Below the pieces are notes generated by a model, which searched no databases, was not told the DNA's origin, and was given only the letters and a program-made list of their open reading frames with translations. Both the position numbers and the translations under genes were made by a program. This document shows, one piece after another, positions 31,290 to 42,048 of a stretch of DNA of 64,000 nt. Every line of letters begins with the position of its first letter. The first letter of the stretch is position 1. This DNA is from Ignavibacteria bacterium. GTDB taxonomy: Bacteria > Bacteroidota > Ignavibacteria > Kapaibacteriales > UBA2268. The stretch covers positions 128,040-192,039 of the forward strand of contig JBBIUA010000003.1 of assembly GCA_037440445.1 (NCBI GenBank). Direction: 5' to 3'.

Positions 31290-34061
31290 ATGATGATAAA
31301 ATTAAGCCCGAAAGAATTTCGCTGGTCTTTCATTCTTATTTCTTTTGCATTTGCATTTATTGGAATAACCTACCAAATTAATAAGTATAAACCAACAAAA
31401 GATAATATTGTATTGATGGAACCTCAATCCAAAATTGTTAATTTGAACTCAATTCCATCGTCCATCCAGAACCAACAAGATGAAATTCCAAAAGGTAGTT
31501 TGATTGTAGAAATAAATAAAAAACCTGTTCAGGATACTACAGAAATTCAAACATATCTAAGTTATTTGGAAAACGGAATTCTAATCAAATTTTTTGACTG
31601 CAAGAAAAACCTTTTTCGTTCGCTTACTGTTGAAAAAAACCAACTTACCAAAGCGAAACTTACCCAATTGAACTCCTCGGTTCTGGTTTATCGTTTCGAA
31701 AAAAAGGAAAAAGGAAACTTCCCAACATTGAACCCCAGTGACATAATTTTAAAAATAAACGGAAAAAATTTTTTTAGCGCTCGTGAAGCAGAGTTATTAA
31801 TCTCCTCCACTTCGCCTGATCTACCAGTATTATATCAAATCCTACGTTGTGGTGATACACTTAATTTATCAATCCCCCAAAATAAGTATGTTATTGATTC
31901 ACTTACTTTACTTCGTTTTTTTGTTTCCATTATTTTCTTTGTTTTTGGATTGCTTATTGGAGTAAAGTATGCCAAACATTTCCCAGTCCGACTTCTTGCT
32001 CTATCGTTTGTGTTCTTTTCTTTTGTCTTTCTTGGTTTTGGGCAATCTGTTAGAGAAAACAAATTCTTATCTGAACTTTGGTCTTTGGTTGTAGTATTTT
32101 CATTCACTTTTGGAGTTGGCTTAATTTCGCACTTTTGGTTCTATTTCCCCGTTCGTCAATCAAAAGTTTTATCTATCCGTTGGGTTGTTCCACTGAATTA
32201 TTTTTTTTCAGCCATAGTATTTTTTCTCTTAGTCCTACATCTGATTAATTCTGAATTTAGTTATAACTCTTCATTACTTCGATTTGCCTTTGCTCCTCCA
32301 TTTCTTTATCACTTTTCCATTAGGTTTTTCTTAAGGCATAAATTAGAAAAAGACTATCGAAAGATAAATCCCACCTTTTTCCTTATATTAATTTTATCAA
32401 TAATCTTAATTCTTTTATTGCCCCTTGAATTACGGCTCTTTAAATTCAAACTACTTGCTTCTCTCATTTTCTTGCTCTTCGCAATAGTTCCTTTCATTCT
32501 CTTCTTTTACCTGCAAAAGTATCGATACTATGAAATTAGTGTACCAATACGCAGAAACTATTTCTATATCTTTTCAAAATTTCTTTGCGATAGTTTCGCA
32601 CTTGCTATTGTTGGCATTCTTCTTTACCTTGCAGCAAATTTGACAATCAAATTTCCAAACTTACATCTTGCAGGAACAACAATTGAAGTTTTAAATAAAC
32701 CTTTACCGCCAGAACGAAACCTTCAATACGAAAAATTTGCGATAGCATTTGGATTCGGTTGCGGTGTCTATCTTGTAATAATTGCTAGAAAAGCAATAAC
32801 AAAGTATTTGCAAAAGAAATTCTTTCATACCGCTTTCGATTATCGAAAAACTGCAGCAGAATTGTCCGAACTCATCGTTAGAAATATCGAACTAAGCGAG
32901 TTAGCAAAAAATGTTATCGAACAATTAGAAAAAACATTATTTCTAAAAAATGCAGGGCTTGTGATTTTCAAAGACAACAGAATATATTGTCAAGCATATT
33001 TCGGAGAAATAGCCCAAGATTTTGAAGAAAAACTTTTGCAATCCGACGAATTATTCAATTTTTTGCTTAATACTAATAACCAATTTGTCAATATTGAAAA
33101 TTTACCGAACAGTTTGAAAACTCTCCTTTTAAATAATAACTTCTATTTAGTAGTAGCAATTCGCCACCAAGAAAAATTAGTTGGAGCCCTTTTCGTTGGC
33201 GAAAAGCTTTCCGAAACTAAATTCAAATCCGAAGATTACGAGTTCATAGATATAATCACCAAAAACATAGCAATTGCTATAGTAAATTCTTTGTTTGCCG
33301 AAGAAATTGCACTTCGTGAACGATACAAAAAAGAAATTGAAATCGCACAAAAAATTCAAATTGCGTCACTTCCCAAAGAAATGCCATCGGTCGAGTGCAT
33401 GGAAATTTCTGCAGTGACAATTCCAGCGATGGAAGTTGGTGGCGATTTTTACGATTTTTTGAACTGCGGCAAGGATTCTTTAAGAATTGTTGTAGGAGAT
33501 GTAAGCGGAAAAGGAACTTCAGCCGCTCTATATATGTCCCAAGTTCAAGGAATACTTAGAACATTAAGTATATTCGAATTTTCACTCGGAGAATTGTTTT
33601 CTCAAACTAATGCACTTTTATTTAAATCTATTGAACGAGGGTATTTTATTACTGCTGTCGCTTGCCATTTCAATTTCCAAAATTCCATGGTAGAAATTGT
33701 TCGTGCAGGACATCCGGCAGTGTATTACTACAACGCTAAATTATGCAAAACAACAAAAATTGCCCCAAAGGGGATTGCATTAGGAATTGTCGATAATGAC
33801 AAGTTTAAAAAGAATTTGGAAGCAATTTCATTTCCATATTATTCTGGTGATATTTTTTTATTTGTTAGCGATGGAGTCATTGAAAAAACTTTAGAAGGTA
33901 AAGTTGAACTTTCAGAAAATGAAATTTTGGAGATTCTAACAAAATACCATCACCTTTCTCCAAATGAATTGAAGGAAAAGATTTTAACAGAAATTTGTTT
34001 TTCAAACGAGTTCACAACCGTAACGGACGACATTACAATACTTGTTGTAAAACCAAAGTAG
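31290..34061 (+). CDS. Membrane-bound PP2C-type (SpoIIE/RsbU family) serine phosphatase with periplasmic PDZ-like repeats, polytopic TM region and GAF-like domain
   Basis: N-terminal TM. Two PDZ-like segments (GSLIVEINKKPVQDTTEI, DIILKINGKNFFSAREAELLI). About 8 hydrophobic helices span residues ~200-480. The C-terminal PPM domain has GGDFYDF, VVGDVSGKGTSAALYMS and FLFVSDGVIE. The tracked ORF starts at TTG 31269; ATG 31290 is preferred. Confidence 0.7.
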   Translation: MMIKLSPKEFRWSFILISFAFAFIGITYQINKYKPTKDNIVLMEPQSKIVNLNSIPSSIQNQQDEIPKGSLIVEINKKPVQDTTEIQTYLSYLENGILIKFFDCKKNLFRSLTVEKNQLTKAKLTQLNSSVLVYRFEKKEKGNFPTLNPSDIILKINGKNFFSAREAELLISSTSPDLPVLYQILRCGDTLNLSIPQNKYVIDSLTLLRFFVSIIFFVFGLLIGVKYAKHFPVRLLALSFVFFSFVFLGFGQSVRENKFLSELWSLVVVFSFTFGVGLISHFWFYFPVRQSKVLSIRWVVPLNYFFSAIVFFLLVLHLINSEFSYNSSLLRFAFAPPFLYHFSIRFFLRHKLEKDYRKINPTFFLILILSIILILLLPLELRLFKFKLLASLIFLLFAIVPFILFFYLQKYRYYEISVPIRRNYFYIFSKFLCDSFALAIVGILLYLAANLTIKFPNLHLAGTTIEVLNKPLPPERNLQYEKFAIAFGFGCGVYLVIIARKAITKYLQKKFFHTAFDYRKTAAELSELIVRNIELSELAKNVIEQLEKTLFLKNAGLVIFKDNRIYCQAYFGEIAQDFEEKLLQSDELFNFLLNTNNQFVNIENLPNSLKTLLLNNNFYLVVAIRHQEKLVGALFVGEKLSETKFKSEDYEFIDIITKNIAIAIVNSLFAEEIALRERYKKEIEIAQKIQIASLPKEMPSVECMEISAVTIPAMEVGGDFYDFLNCGKDSLRIVVGDVSGKGTSAALYMSQVQGILRTLSIFEFSLGELFSQTNALLFKSIERGYFITAVACHFNFQNSMVEIVRAGHPAVYYYNAKLCKTTKIAPKGIALGIVDNDKFKKNLEAISFPYYSGDIFLFVSDGVIEKTLEGKVELSENEILEILTKYHHLSPNELKEKILTEICFSNEFTTVTDDITILVVKPK

Positions 34062-34062
34062 T

Positions 34063-34449
34063 ATGGAAAAAAAAGATATATTCGAAAAGATTTTCGAAAT
34101 CGTTAAGCAAATTCCGGAAGGTAAAGTTACAACATATGGACATATTGCGCGTGCTATCGGTACAAAACTTTCTGCAAGGATGGTTGGCTGGGCATTAAAT
34201 TCGTTGAAATATCGAATAACAGATATTCCTGCTCATCGAGTTGTAAATCGTTTAGGATTACTAACTGGAAAGAAGTATTTCCCCACACCAGATTTTATGA
34301 GGAGACAATTGGAATCCGAAGGAGTTAAGTTTATCGGAGATGCAGTAGATTTGGGAAATCATCTTTGGATACCGCCAATTATTGAGGAAGAAAGATTTTC
34401 TTTCAAAATTAAAAGAGGAGCCACAAAGGACTCCTCTTTTAATCTATAA
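34063..34449 (+). CDS. Alkyltransferase-like protein (MGMT DNA-binding domain, active-site Cys replaced by Ala)
   Basis: 128 aa made only of the MGMT C-terminal domain (KVTTYGHIARAIG...ARMVGWAL). The PCHRV motif is PAHRVV here. Its start lies 1 nt after the phosphatase stop. Confidence 0.65.
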   Translation: MEKKDIFEKIFEIVKQIPEGKVTTYGHIARAIGTKLSARMVGWALNSLKYRITDIPAHRVVNRLGLLTGKKYFPTPDFMRRQLESEGVKFIGDAVDLGNHLWIPPIIEEERFSFKIKRGATKDSSFNL

Positions 34450-34462
34450 TCAAACTGAAAAA

Positions 34463-37042
34463 TTAATTTAAATCCTTAATGTCGTTTTGAATTTTATCTT
34501 CGATTGCCTTATTCTCGATGAACAAATTTTCAAGGTCAAAATTGTCTATTTGGGTTTCATTCACAATTGGAGGAGCCTCGACAAATGTATATTTTAATTT
34601 CTTTTTCGAATCATCAATGTCAGCAATAATCTTTGTATTTTCTTTTACATTTCCACTTAATAAAACTTCGGCAAGTTCATCCTCGACATATTGCATAATT
34701 GCTCGTTTTAGTGGTCGAGCACCAAACTTTTCGTCGAAACCTTTTTCGACAAGGAAATCCTTAGCCTGCTGAGTTAGTTCCAAAGAAAGATTGCGGTCTT
34801 TAAGTCGGCGACGCAAATCTTCAAGTTGAATATCAATAATCTGGTAAATGTGTTCTTTAGTGAGTTTTCGGAAAATAATGAAATCGTCAATCCTGTTGAT
34901 AAATTCTGGATTAAATAATCGTTTTACTGCATCTTCAATCGATGATTTAATTGCTTGATATTCATCATCATTCGTTGGTTCAACAAATCCGAGCTTATTT
35001 CCAATTTTAAGGTCTTTGGTTCCAACATTGCTTGTCATTATGATAATTGTATTTTTGAAATCAACTCGACGCCCAAGACCATCGGTCAAAATACCATCAT
35101 CGAAAACTTGAAGAAGAATATTGAACACTTCGGGATGTGCTTTCTCTATTTCGTCCAGAAGAATAATACTATAGGGGCGACGCCGGACTTTTTCTGTAAG
35201 TTGACCGCCTTCCTCATAACCAACATAACCCGGTGGAGCCCCAACAAGCCGGGAAACAGAAAACTTCTCCATATATTCGCTCATATCAATGCGGATAAGA
35301 GCATCTTCGGTGTTGAAAAGAACGCGAGCAAGTGCTTTAGCAAGTTCTGTTTTTCCAACACCTGTTGGACCAAGAAACATAAACGAACCGATAGGTCTGC
35401 GAGGGTCTTTCAACCCAGCGCGTGCTCTTCGAATTGCTTTTGTAAGATGGTCGATAGCTTCGTCTTGTCCCACAACCATTTTTTTCAACTCTTCGGGCAG
35501 TCGCATAAGCTTTTCGGTTTCGCTTTCTGCAATCTTATTAACTGGGATACCAGTCATCATTGCAACAACATCGGCAACATCGTCTTCGGTTACTGGGAAA
35601 TAGGTTTCGCTAGATTTAATTTCCCATTCGATTTTGGCTTTTTCTAAATCTGCCTGTAGTTTCTTTTCCAAGTCGCGCAATCGTGCAGCTTCTTCAAAGT
35701 TCTGACTTTTAACTACAAGATTCTTTTGTCTACGGATGTCTTCAATTTTCTCTTCCAGTTCAATAATATTTTTTGGCACACTGATATTAGCAAGATGAAC
35801 TCGAGCACCAGCTTCGTCGAGCACATCAATGGCTTTATCGGGGAAATACCGGTCTGTAATATACCTATCGGAAAGCCTAACACAAGCCTCGATTGCTTCT
35901 TTTGTGTATTTAACATTGTGATGCTCTTCGTAGCGGTCTTTGATTTTTTCAAGTATTTCACGAGTTTCTTCGGGGGTAGGTGGGTCGATTAGGACCTTTT
36001 GGAATCTACGCTCTAAGGCACCATCTTTTTCGATATACTGACGGTACTCATCTAATGTCGTAGCACCAATGCATTGTATTTCGCCTCGAGAAAGTGCCGG
36101 TTTGAAAATATTCGAAGCGTCTAAAGAACCCGAAGCACCACCAGCCCCAACAATAGTATGAAGTTCATCAATAAACAAAATTACATCGCGAGCGCGCTCC
36201 AATTCGTTCAAGACTGCCTTCATTCGTTCTTCGAATTGTCCACGATATTTCGTCCCTGCTACCAACGAGGCTAAATCCAAACTAACAATCCGTTTGTCGA
36301 GTAAAGTTCTGGGAACCTTGCGTTGTACAATTCTCAATGCCAAACCTTCGACAATAGCGGTCTTGCCTACTCCAGGCTCGCCAATCAAAACTGGATTGTT
36401 TTTCTTTCGGCGAGCAAGTATTTGAGAAACTCGCTCAATTTCCCTTTCTCGACCAATGACAGGGTCGAGTTTGTCTTCCAATGCCAGTTTGGTTAAATCC
36501 CTTCCGAAATTATCCAAAACTGGCGTTTTCACTCTTTCTTTCATTGTTGACCTCGGGGTTTTTGGAAATGGATTTGAATGCTTACCCCAAGACTGCTCCC
36601 AAGAACGCCCGCTAATGATGTTATCCAATTCGTTCTTTACTTTCTCGTAATCTATATCGAACTCTTTCAAAATATCTCTTGCTTGGTTAGTTTCGTCCCG
36701 AAGGACAGCAAGAAGTAAATGTTCAGTACCAACAATGTCGGATTTATATATTTTTGCTTCCAGCGGGGTAAGTCGGAGAACTTTTTCAGCTTGCTTGCTT
36801 AAAGCGATATTCCCGCTTCGATTGCCAACAAAAGTATTTTCTACTTTGCTTTCAATCCGCTTTCGCAACTCATCTAAATCGATTCCAAGATTTTTCAAAA
36901 TCTTAACTGCAATACCTTCGCCTTCCCGGATTATCCCAAGAATTAAATGTTCGGTTCCAATATAGTCGTTACCCAGCCGCATAGCCTCTTCTCGACTATA
37001 TCGTAGAACATCGTGAACTCTATTTGAAAATTGTCCTTCCAT
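34463..37042 (-). CDS. clpC: ATP-dependent Clp protease ATP-binding subunit ClpC (class III Clp ATPase with UVR motif)
   Basis: Two Clp_N repeats ([21 protein letters not shown]; [10 protein letters not shown]), Walker [16 protein letters not shown] and [15 protein letters not shown], a UVR-like segment [15 protein letters not shown], and a short M-domain typical of ClpC rather than ClpB. Confidence 0.85.
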   Translation of the reverse strand: MEGQFSNRVHDVLRYSREEAMRLGNDYIGTEHLILGIIREGEGIAVKILKNLGIDLDELRKRIESKVENTFVGNRSGNIALSKQAEKVLRLTPLEAKIYKSDIVGTEHLLLAVLRDETNQARDILKEFDIDYEKVKNELDNIISGRSWEQSWGKHSNPFPKTPRSTMKERVKTPVLDNFGRDLTKLALEDKLDPVIGREREIERVSQILARRKKNNPVLIGEPGVGKTAIVEGLALRIVQRKVPRTLLDKRIVSLDLASLVAGTKYRGQFEERMKAVLNELERARDVILFIDELHTIVGAGGASGSLDASNIFKPALSRGEIQCIGATTLDEYRQYIEKDGALERRFQKVLIDPPTPEETREILEKIKDRYEEHHNVKYTKEAIEACVRLSDRYITDRYFPDKAIDVLDEAGARVHLANISVPKNIIELEEKIEDIRRQKNLVVKSQNFEEAARLRDLEKKLQADLEKAKIEWEIKSSETYFPVTEDDVADVVAMMTGIPVNKIAESETEKLMRLPEELKKMVVGQDEAIDHLTKAIRRARAGLKDPRRPIGSFMFLGPTGVGKTELAKALARVLFNTEDALIRIDMSEYMEKFSVSRLVGAPPGYVGYEEGGQLTEKVRRRPYSIILLDEIEKAHPEVFNILLQVFDDGILTDGLGRRVDFKNTIIIMTSNVGTKDLKIGNKLGFVEPTNDDEYQAIKSSIEDAVKRLFNPEFINRIDDFIIFRKLTKEHIYQIIDIQLEDLRRRLKDRNLSLELTQQAKDFLVEKGFDEKFGARPLKRAIMQYVEDELAEVLLSGNVKENTKIIADIDDSKKKLKYTFVEAPPIVNETQIDNFDLENLFIENKAIEDKIQNDIKDLN

Positions 37043-37093
37043 TATTTCCCTAAATTATCTTCAGTGGAAACGACGAAATTATTTTGGTTTTAT

Positions 37094-37897
37094 TTACTTA
37101 CCCTCGAAACCTATCAAATATTGCTTGATGGCTTTTGCAAGTGTTATTATACCTTCCAGTACTAAATTCTGCCGATAATACTTCTCTACATAATCCCAGT
37201 GGTTAAATTTGGTTCGGAAATATTCAAAACCACCACCAGTAAATATAACTGGAACATGTGAATCGGAAAAGACTTCCTTGCGAACAGTGGCAATGATGTG
37301 CAAAATTCCCCCCCAAAGGGAATTAATAATTCCGCTTGATATAGCCAATTCGGTTTGAACTTCTATGATTTTATCGGTTGTTTTTTTTCGCAACTGAGCA
37401 GAACGAAGCAAATAAGTGTTTTCTTTCAAAGATTTCAGTTGAAGTTCTACGCTCGGGAAAATCACCCCACCAACAAAATTCCTGTTTTCATCCATACAGT
37501 TTATTGTAACTGCAGTGCCCAAATCCACAGTAATTATTGGTGGTTTGAACTCTTCTGCTCCCGCAATTAAGCCAAGAATTCGGTCGGTTCCAATCCAGTA
37601 GTAATTGTTTAAATTAATTTTCTTTTGTTCCCAAATCAAGTCTTTTATATTGTAAATGTATACATCTGTTTGGGTTGAAAGAAAATTTATAATTTCAAGA
37701 GAATTAGTTTCGTTCACACTCGAATAAAGTATCCTTACTGGCTTTTTCACTTTTTCATCAAAATACTTTTTAAAATTTTGGAGAAAATTTTTAGTATAGC
37801 GAAAAGCCTTAAAGTCCTTTCCACAAAGCATTTTCATTCTGCTATTGCCGAAATCTATCGCGATGGTTTGCTCCAAAAAACTTCTACCCAAGTTCAT
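37094..37897 (-). CDS. coaX: Type III pantothenate kinase
   Basis: IAIDFGNSRMKM (ASKHA phosphate-1), GTDRILGLIAGAE, VIFTGGGFEYF. Lies downstream of and overlaps birA, the common birA-coaX pairing. Confidence 0.75.
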   Translation of the reverse strand: MNLGRSFLEQTIAIDFGNSRMKMLCGKDFKAFRYTKNFLQNFKKYFDEKVKKPVRILYSSVNETNSLEIINFLSTQTDVYIYNIKDLIWEQKKINLNNYYWIGTDRILGLIAGAEEFKPPIITVDLGTAVTINCMDENRNFVGGVIFPSVELQLKSLKENTYLLRSAQLRKKTTDKIIEVQTELAISSGIINSLWGGILHIIATVRKEVFSDSHVPVIFTGGGFEYFRTKFNHWDYVEKYYRQNLVLEGIITLAKAIKQYLIGFEGK

Positions 37898-38621
37898 AGA
37901 TTATCGAATCACCAATTGAAACAAAAATTAATTCATTTTCGGAGGATTTGCAAATTAATCGCCCAATAGAATCCAAGCCATAAGCAGTAAATTTTTTTGC
38001 TCTCCCCAAAATTTCTACTTGCTTTCCTTTAATATTAAGTTCCTTTTCCCAAAGCAACATTATTTCGTTTGGATAGAACTTAAATATGTTTTCAATTTGC
38101 TTTATCAATTCATCTACAATCTTATCGGGGGTGGAATCGATATTAAGCAATTTCAATGATGTGGCTTTTTGTTTAATATCTTCAGGGAAAGAAGTCTGAT
38201 TTACATTAATTCCAATTCCAAGGACACTGGACCAACATAAATCGCCCAGAAATTGATGTTCAACAAGAACACCAGAAATTTTTCGAAAAAAACCATCTGA
38301 ACATTTAACATAGACATCGTTGGGATATTTCAAAACAAAAACTAAATTGGGCGCAATATCTTTCAATGCATATTTTGTTGCCAAAGCACCCAATCCCTGC
38401 AAATAGGCAACTTCTTCCATGCTCTTAAAATTTTCATACTTCATAGCAAACGAAAAGTATACGTTCGAACCAAATTCCCCTTCCCATCGATTTTTGTTCC
38501 GCCCCCTTCCTTGAGTTTGATAATCGGCTGTAACAACAACGAAATTATGCTCATTTAATAATTCCTTAGCAAAATCATTTGTTGAAGTGACGGTTTGATA
38601 ATGAAATCGACGAAAATTCAT
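37884..38621 (-). CDS. birA: Biotin--[acetyl-CoA-carboxylase] ligase (no N-terminal HTH)
   Basis: ADYQTQGRGRNKNRWEG matches the BirA GRGRxGRxW biotin-binding loop; 245 aa. Confidence 0.8.
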   Translation of the reverse strand: MNFRRFHYQTVTSTNDFAKELLNEHNFVVVTADYQTQGRGRNKNRWEGEFGSNVYFSFAMKYENFKSMEEVAYLQGLGALATKYALKDIAPNLVFVLKYPNDVYVKCSDGFFRKISGVLVEHQFLGDLCWSSVLGIGINVNQTSFPEDIKQKATSLKLLNIDSTPDKIVDELIKQIENIFKFYPNEIMLLWEKELNIKGKQVEILGRAKKFTAYGLDSIGRLICKSSENELIFVSIGDSIIYELG

Positions 38622-39262
38622 TTTACATTTTCCCCAGTAATTGCACCTTGCAAATCAAAAATCATCTTATCAACTATTGTGGATAAAGCAATAGAAAAAG
38701 CAGAAGGAATTGTCGATGGTTCTTTTCCCTGCCGTTCAACCTTTTGCGTGTAGACTTTCGAAAGAACAACCTTGTTCTGGTTCGAAACTGGTACATATTT
38801 TAAAAGGGTAACTTGGATTGAAACATAAACCCAACTTCTTGATTTGTTTTCCTTATCGCTATAAGCCCGGAATTCAAGAACTTTTCCTTCGATTATATAA
38901 TCGGGAATAATAGTCGAGGACGAAACAGATACCCCAAATTTGAATGCTCTGGAAAGGTTCAGCCTCGTCAAAATGAAGTCGTTTATTAATTCTACATAAT
39001 CGGTCGTGAATCGATGGTAGTTGTATTTTTGAACTGAACCATCCCCGAACCATACCATAATCCTATTATCCACAAGTTCTTCTGGTACAGAGAAATCGTT
39101 AAAAATCACGAATGTTTCCAATTCAGCAATATTTTTGAAATTAAAAGGCATTTGATTTAAAGAATAATATTTGGTTGGAATATAAGGTGTACGAATTGAA
39201 AGACAACCAAAAAAGAACAGAAACAATATGATTTCGGGATGAAACTTTCTTGTCATTTTCAA
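38618..39262 (-). CDS. Hypothetical lipoprotein
   Basis: Signal peptide with FFGCLSI lipobox. Its stop overlaps the birA start (ATGA), so it is co-transcribed with birA-coaX. Confidence 0.5.
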   Translation of the reverse strand: MKMTRKFHPEIILFLFFFGCLSIRTPYIPTKYYSLNQMPFNFKNIAELETFVIFNDFSVPEELVDNRIMVWFGDGSVQKYNYHRFTTDYVELINDFILTRLNLSRAFKFGVSVSSSTIIPDYIIEGKVLEFRAYSDKENKSRSWVYVSIQVTLLKYVPVSNQNKVVLSKVYTQKVERQGKEPSTIPSAFSIALSTIVDKMIFDLQGAITGENVK

Positions 39263-39348
39263 ACAATTTAACCTTAATTAATACAAATTTACTGAAATGT
39301 TCGTAAAATCATTTAATTTAGTTTTTTGTATAAACTTGAAATTCAAAG

Positions 39349-40083
39349 TTGGTATACTTTATTTCCGATTTACATTTAGGATATTTCGAAGGCGAAAAGG
39401 AAAAAAAAAGAGAAGGATTATTCCTTTCTTTTCTCGATTACATTGCAACAGAAGGAAATTCGCTTGTCATTGTTGGCGACTTATTCGATTACTGGTTCGA
39501 TTACAAATTTGTTATTCCTAAAAAATTTTACCGAATCGTTTCAAAATTAGCCGAAATTAAAAGCAAAGGCATTGAGATTATTTATCTTATGGGCAACCAC
39601 GACTTCGGCCATTACAAGTTTTTTCAAGAAGAACTCGGAATTGAAATACATACCGAAGATTTGGAATTAATTTTAAATGGGAAAAAATTTTTTATCTCGC
39701 ATGGAGATGGGAAAATTACAAACGATAAAGGTTACTTAATTCTAAAAAAATTTCTACGAAATCGTTCAATTCAAAAGCTTTTCCGTCTCTTGCATCCCGA
39801 TTTAGGCTTGTGGTTGGCTATTAGTTCTTCACGTAAAAGTCGAAACTATACAACAAAACGGGTAAAGAAAGATTTCAACTCACTTTTCGAGTTTGCCAAA
39901 AAAAAGATTGAAGAAGGTTTCGATTTTGTAATTATGGGTCATTCTCATAAATCAGAATACAAGGAATATTTGGATAAAGTCTACATTAATCTTGGAGATT
40001 GGTTCACTACACCATTATGTGCCTGTTTCGATGGTTCGAAAATCGAACTTATTGAAATTAAAAAACTAATAATAAATAATTGA
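39349..40083 (+). CDS. lpxH: UDP-2,3-diacylglucosamine diphosphatase (calcineurin-like metallophosphoesterase)
   Basis: MVYFISDLHLG...VIVGDLFDYWF...LMGNHDF...FISHGDG...MGHSHK follows the LpxH metallophosphoesterase motif order. Confidence 0.75.
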   Translation: MVYFISDLHLGYFEGEKEKKREGLFLSFLDYIATEGNSLVIVGDLFDYWFDYKFVIPKKFYRIVSKLAEIKSKGIEIIYLMGNHDFGHYKFFQEELGIEIHTEDLELILNGKKFFISHGDGKITNDKGYLILKKFLRNRSIQKLFRLLHPDLGLWLAISSSRKSRNYTTKRVKKDFNSLFEFAKKKIEEGFDFVIMGHSHKSEYKEYLDKVYINLGDWFTTPLCACFDGSKIELIEIKKLIINN

Positions 40084-40092
40084 TGGGAAAAA

Positions 40093-40608
40093 ATGGAAGC
40101 ATTACAAGCAATTTTCAACAGGAAAAGCGTAAGAAATTTCACCGGTGAGGATGTTTCGGATGAACAAATTAATTTATTGCTCCGAGCAGGAATGTCTGCC
40201 CCTTCGGCGGTGAATATGCAACCCTGGGAATTTATTGTGGTTAAAAATAAAGAAACACTTCAAGCAATGGCTGATAACCTTCCATTTGCAAAAATGATGG
40301 AAAAGGCTGGGGCATGTATTGTGGTTTGCGCTATTCCTGAACTTGCTCATAGAAAGTTGAAAGAATATGCTATAATCGACTGCACTTGTGCCAGCGAAAA
40401 CATTCTCATCGCAGTCGAGGCAATTGGCCTTGGGGGTGTTTGGACAGCAATTTATCCAAATATCGATAGAATTGAGTTTGTTCGAAAACTTCTGGGAATT
40501 CCTAAAAATGTAATTCCATTGAATGCCATTGCAATTGGTATACCCACTGGCGAAGACTTACCAAAAGATAAATACAAACCAAATAAAATTCACTATGAAC
40601 ATTGGTAA
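40093..40608 (+). CDS. Nitroreductase family protein
   Basis: RKSVRNFTGEDVSDEQINLLLRAGMSAPSAVNMQPWEFIVV is the canonical nitroreductase N-terminus. Confidence 0.8.
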   Translation: MEALQAIFNRKSVRNFTGEDVSDEQINLLLRAGMSAPSAVNMQPWEFIVVKNKETLQAMADNLPFAKMMEKAGACIVVCAIPELAHRKLKEYAIIDCTCASENILIAVEAIGLGGVWTAIYPNIDRIEFVRKLLGIPKNVIPLNAIAIGIPTGEDLPKDKYKPNKIHYEHW

Positions 40609-40625
40609 CTCGAATAGAGGTAATA

Positions 40626-42035
40626 ATGAAAAAAAATGTTTTCTTTCTTTTTGTAATTACTTTTCCTTTACTTGCAAACCCGAAAGATTACATTGGTTGC
40701 TGGATAGGAAAAATTGATATCTTTAAACAAATCCTCGCAATAAAAGTTTGTTTCGAAGTCGACACAGCAAATAAACTCGCTGGGAAAATTGACATACCTC
40801 AACAAAATTCATATGGGTTGAATCTCGCTAATATTAATTTATCGAAAGACTCGATTTATTTCGACTTAATCGTAAATGTTATGAATGTTGCAAAATTTTC
40901 GGGCAAAATCTACAACCCACAAACCGAAAAGGCAAAAATTAGTGGAACATTTCGGCAAATGGGGATGATTGGAACTTTTGAACTTGAACCATTTGGCGAA
41001 GAGAAGGAAGATTCCTCCCAATCATTTTCTTTCTTCGAAGAGGAAGTTATTATTCAAAATAACAAAGGTCAACTTACAGGAACTTTTTCCCGTCCACACG
41101 AAAAAAAGAAATATGCAGTTATTATTTTCATCAGCGGAAGTGGAAAACAAGACCGCGACGAAACTATTTTCGGTTTCAAAATATTCAAACCTATTTCTGA
41201 CCATTTTGTGCAAAAAGGATATGCTACACTTCGGTTGGACGACCGAGGTGTTGGCGGTTCAACAGAAATTTCGGGCATTTCCGAGACTATTTTTGATTTT
41301 GCCTCGGACATTGAGTCAGCAATATCCTATTTGAAAACTCGCGACGACGTCGACACTTCTACTATTGGTCTTCTTGGGCATAGCGAAGGTGGTATAGTTG
41401 CCTTCATTGTTGCCTCCAGAAGAAGCGATATTGCATTTGTAATTAGTTTAGCCGGACCGACTGTTCGCGGCGATAGTTTGATACTTGAGCAAATTCGAAT
41501 ACAAATGCTAAGCCAAAACGTTCCCGATAGCCTAATTCAGCAAACCCTCCAAGCACAAAGAGAAATCTATAAGATTCTAAGAACCAATGGGGACTACGAA
41601 AAAATCCGTGAAATTGTCCTAAGGCAAATTAAAGAAGAATTAGAGTACTATCCAAAAGAAATTTCGTCGCAAATTTCAAATACTTTAATTGAACGCAATG
41701 TTCAACTTCAAGTGGAAACTGCCCGTTCCGATTGGTTCAGGACTTTTATTGATACAGACCCGCTGGACTATATCAAAAAGGTTAACTGCCCAATATTAAT
41801 TCTTTTTTGTGAACTCGACAAACAAGTTCCTGCAAAATTAAATGCCGAAAGACTTAAAAGTTTGAAAAATAAAAAAAATGTTACGCTCAAAATCATTCCA
41901 CTGGCTAATCATCTTTTCCAAAAAGCAAAAACTGGACAAATATATGAATATGGAATCTTACCTAAAAGATTTGCATATGGTTTTCTCGAAACACTGACTT
42001 CTTGGCTTAGTCAAAATATTAAAACAAAACCTTAA
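40626..42035 (+). CDS. Secreted alpha/beta hydrolase (S9/dienelactone hydrolase-like) with N-terminal beta-rich domain
   Basis: Signal peptide MKKNVFFLFVITFPLLA. Nucleophile elbow GLLGHSEGG (GxSxG). Later D and H candidates (ELDKQVP, LANHLFQ). Confidence 0.6.
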   Translation: MKKNVFFLFVITFPLLANPKDYIGCWIGKIDIFKQILAIKVCFEVDTANKLAGKIDIPQQNSYGLNLANINLSKDSIYFDLIVNVMNVAKFSGKIYNPQTEKAKISGTFRQMGMIGTFELEPFGEEKEDSSQSFSFFEEEVIIQNNKGQLTGTFSRPHEKKKYAVIIFISGSGKQDRDETIFGFKIFKPISDHFVQKGYATLRLDDRGVGGSTEISGISETIFDFASDIESAISYLKTRDDVDTSTIGLLGHSEGGIVAFIVASRRSDIAFVISLAGPTVRGDSLILEQIRIQMLSQNVPDSLIQQTLQAQREIYKILRTNGDYEKIREIVLRQIKEELEYYPKEISSQISNTLIERNVQLQVETARSDWFRTFIDTDPLDYIKKVNCPILILFCELDKQVPAKLNAERLKSLKNKKNVTLKIIPLANHLFQKAKTGQIYEYGILPKRFAYGFLETLTSWLSQNIKTKP

Positions 42036-42048
42036 TACCTTTAAACTT

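Noticed and set aside
38618-39262. Lipoprotein upstream of birA as LptE or PqiC-like
   Set aside because: Size and lipobox fit, but I could identify no diagnostic motif by eye, so it stays hypothetical.
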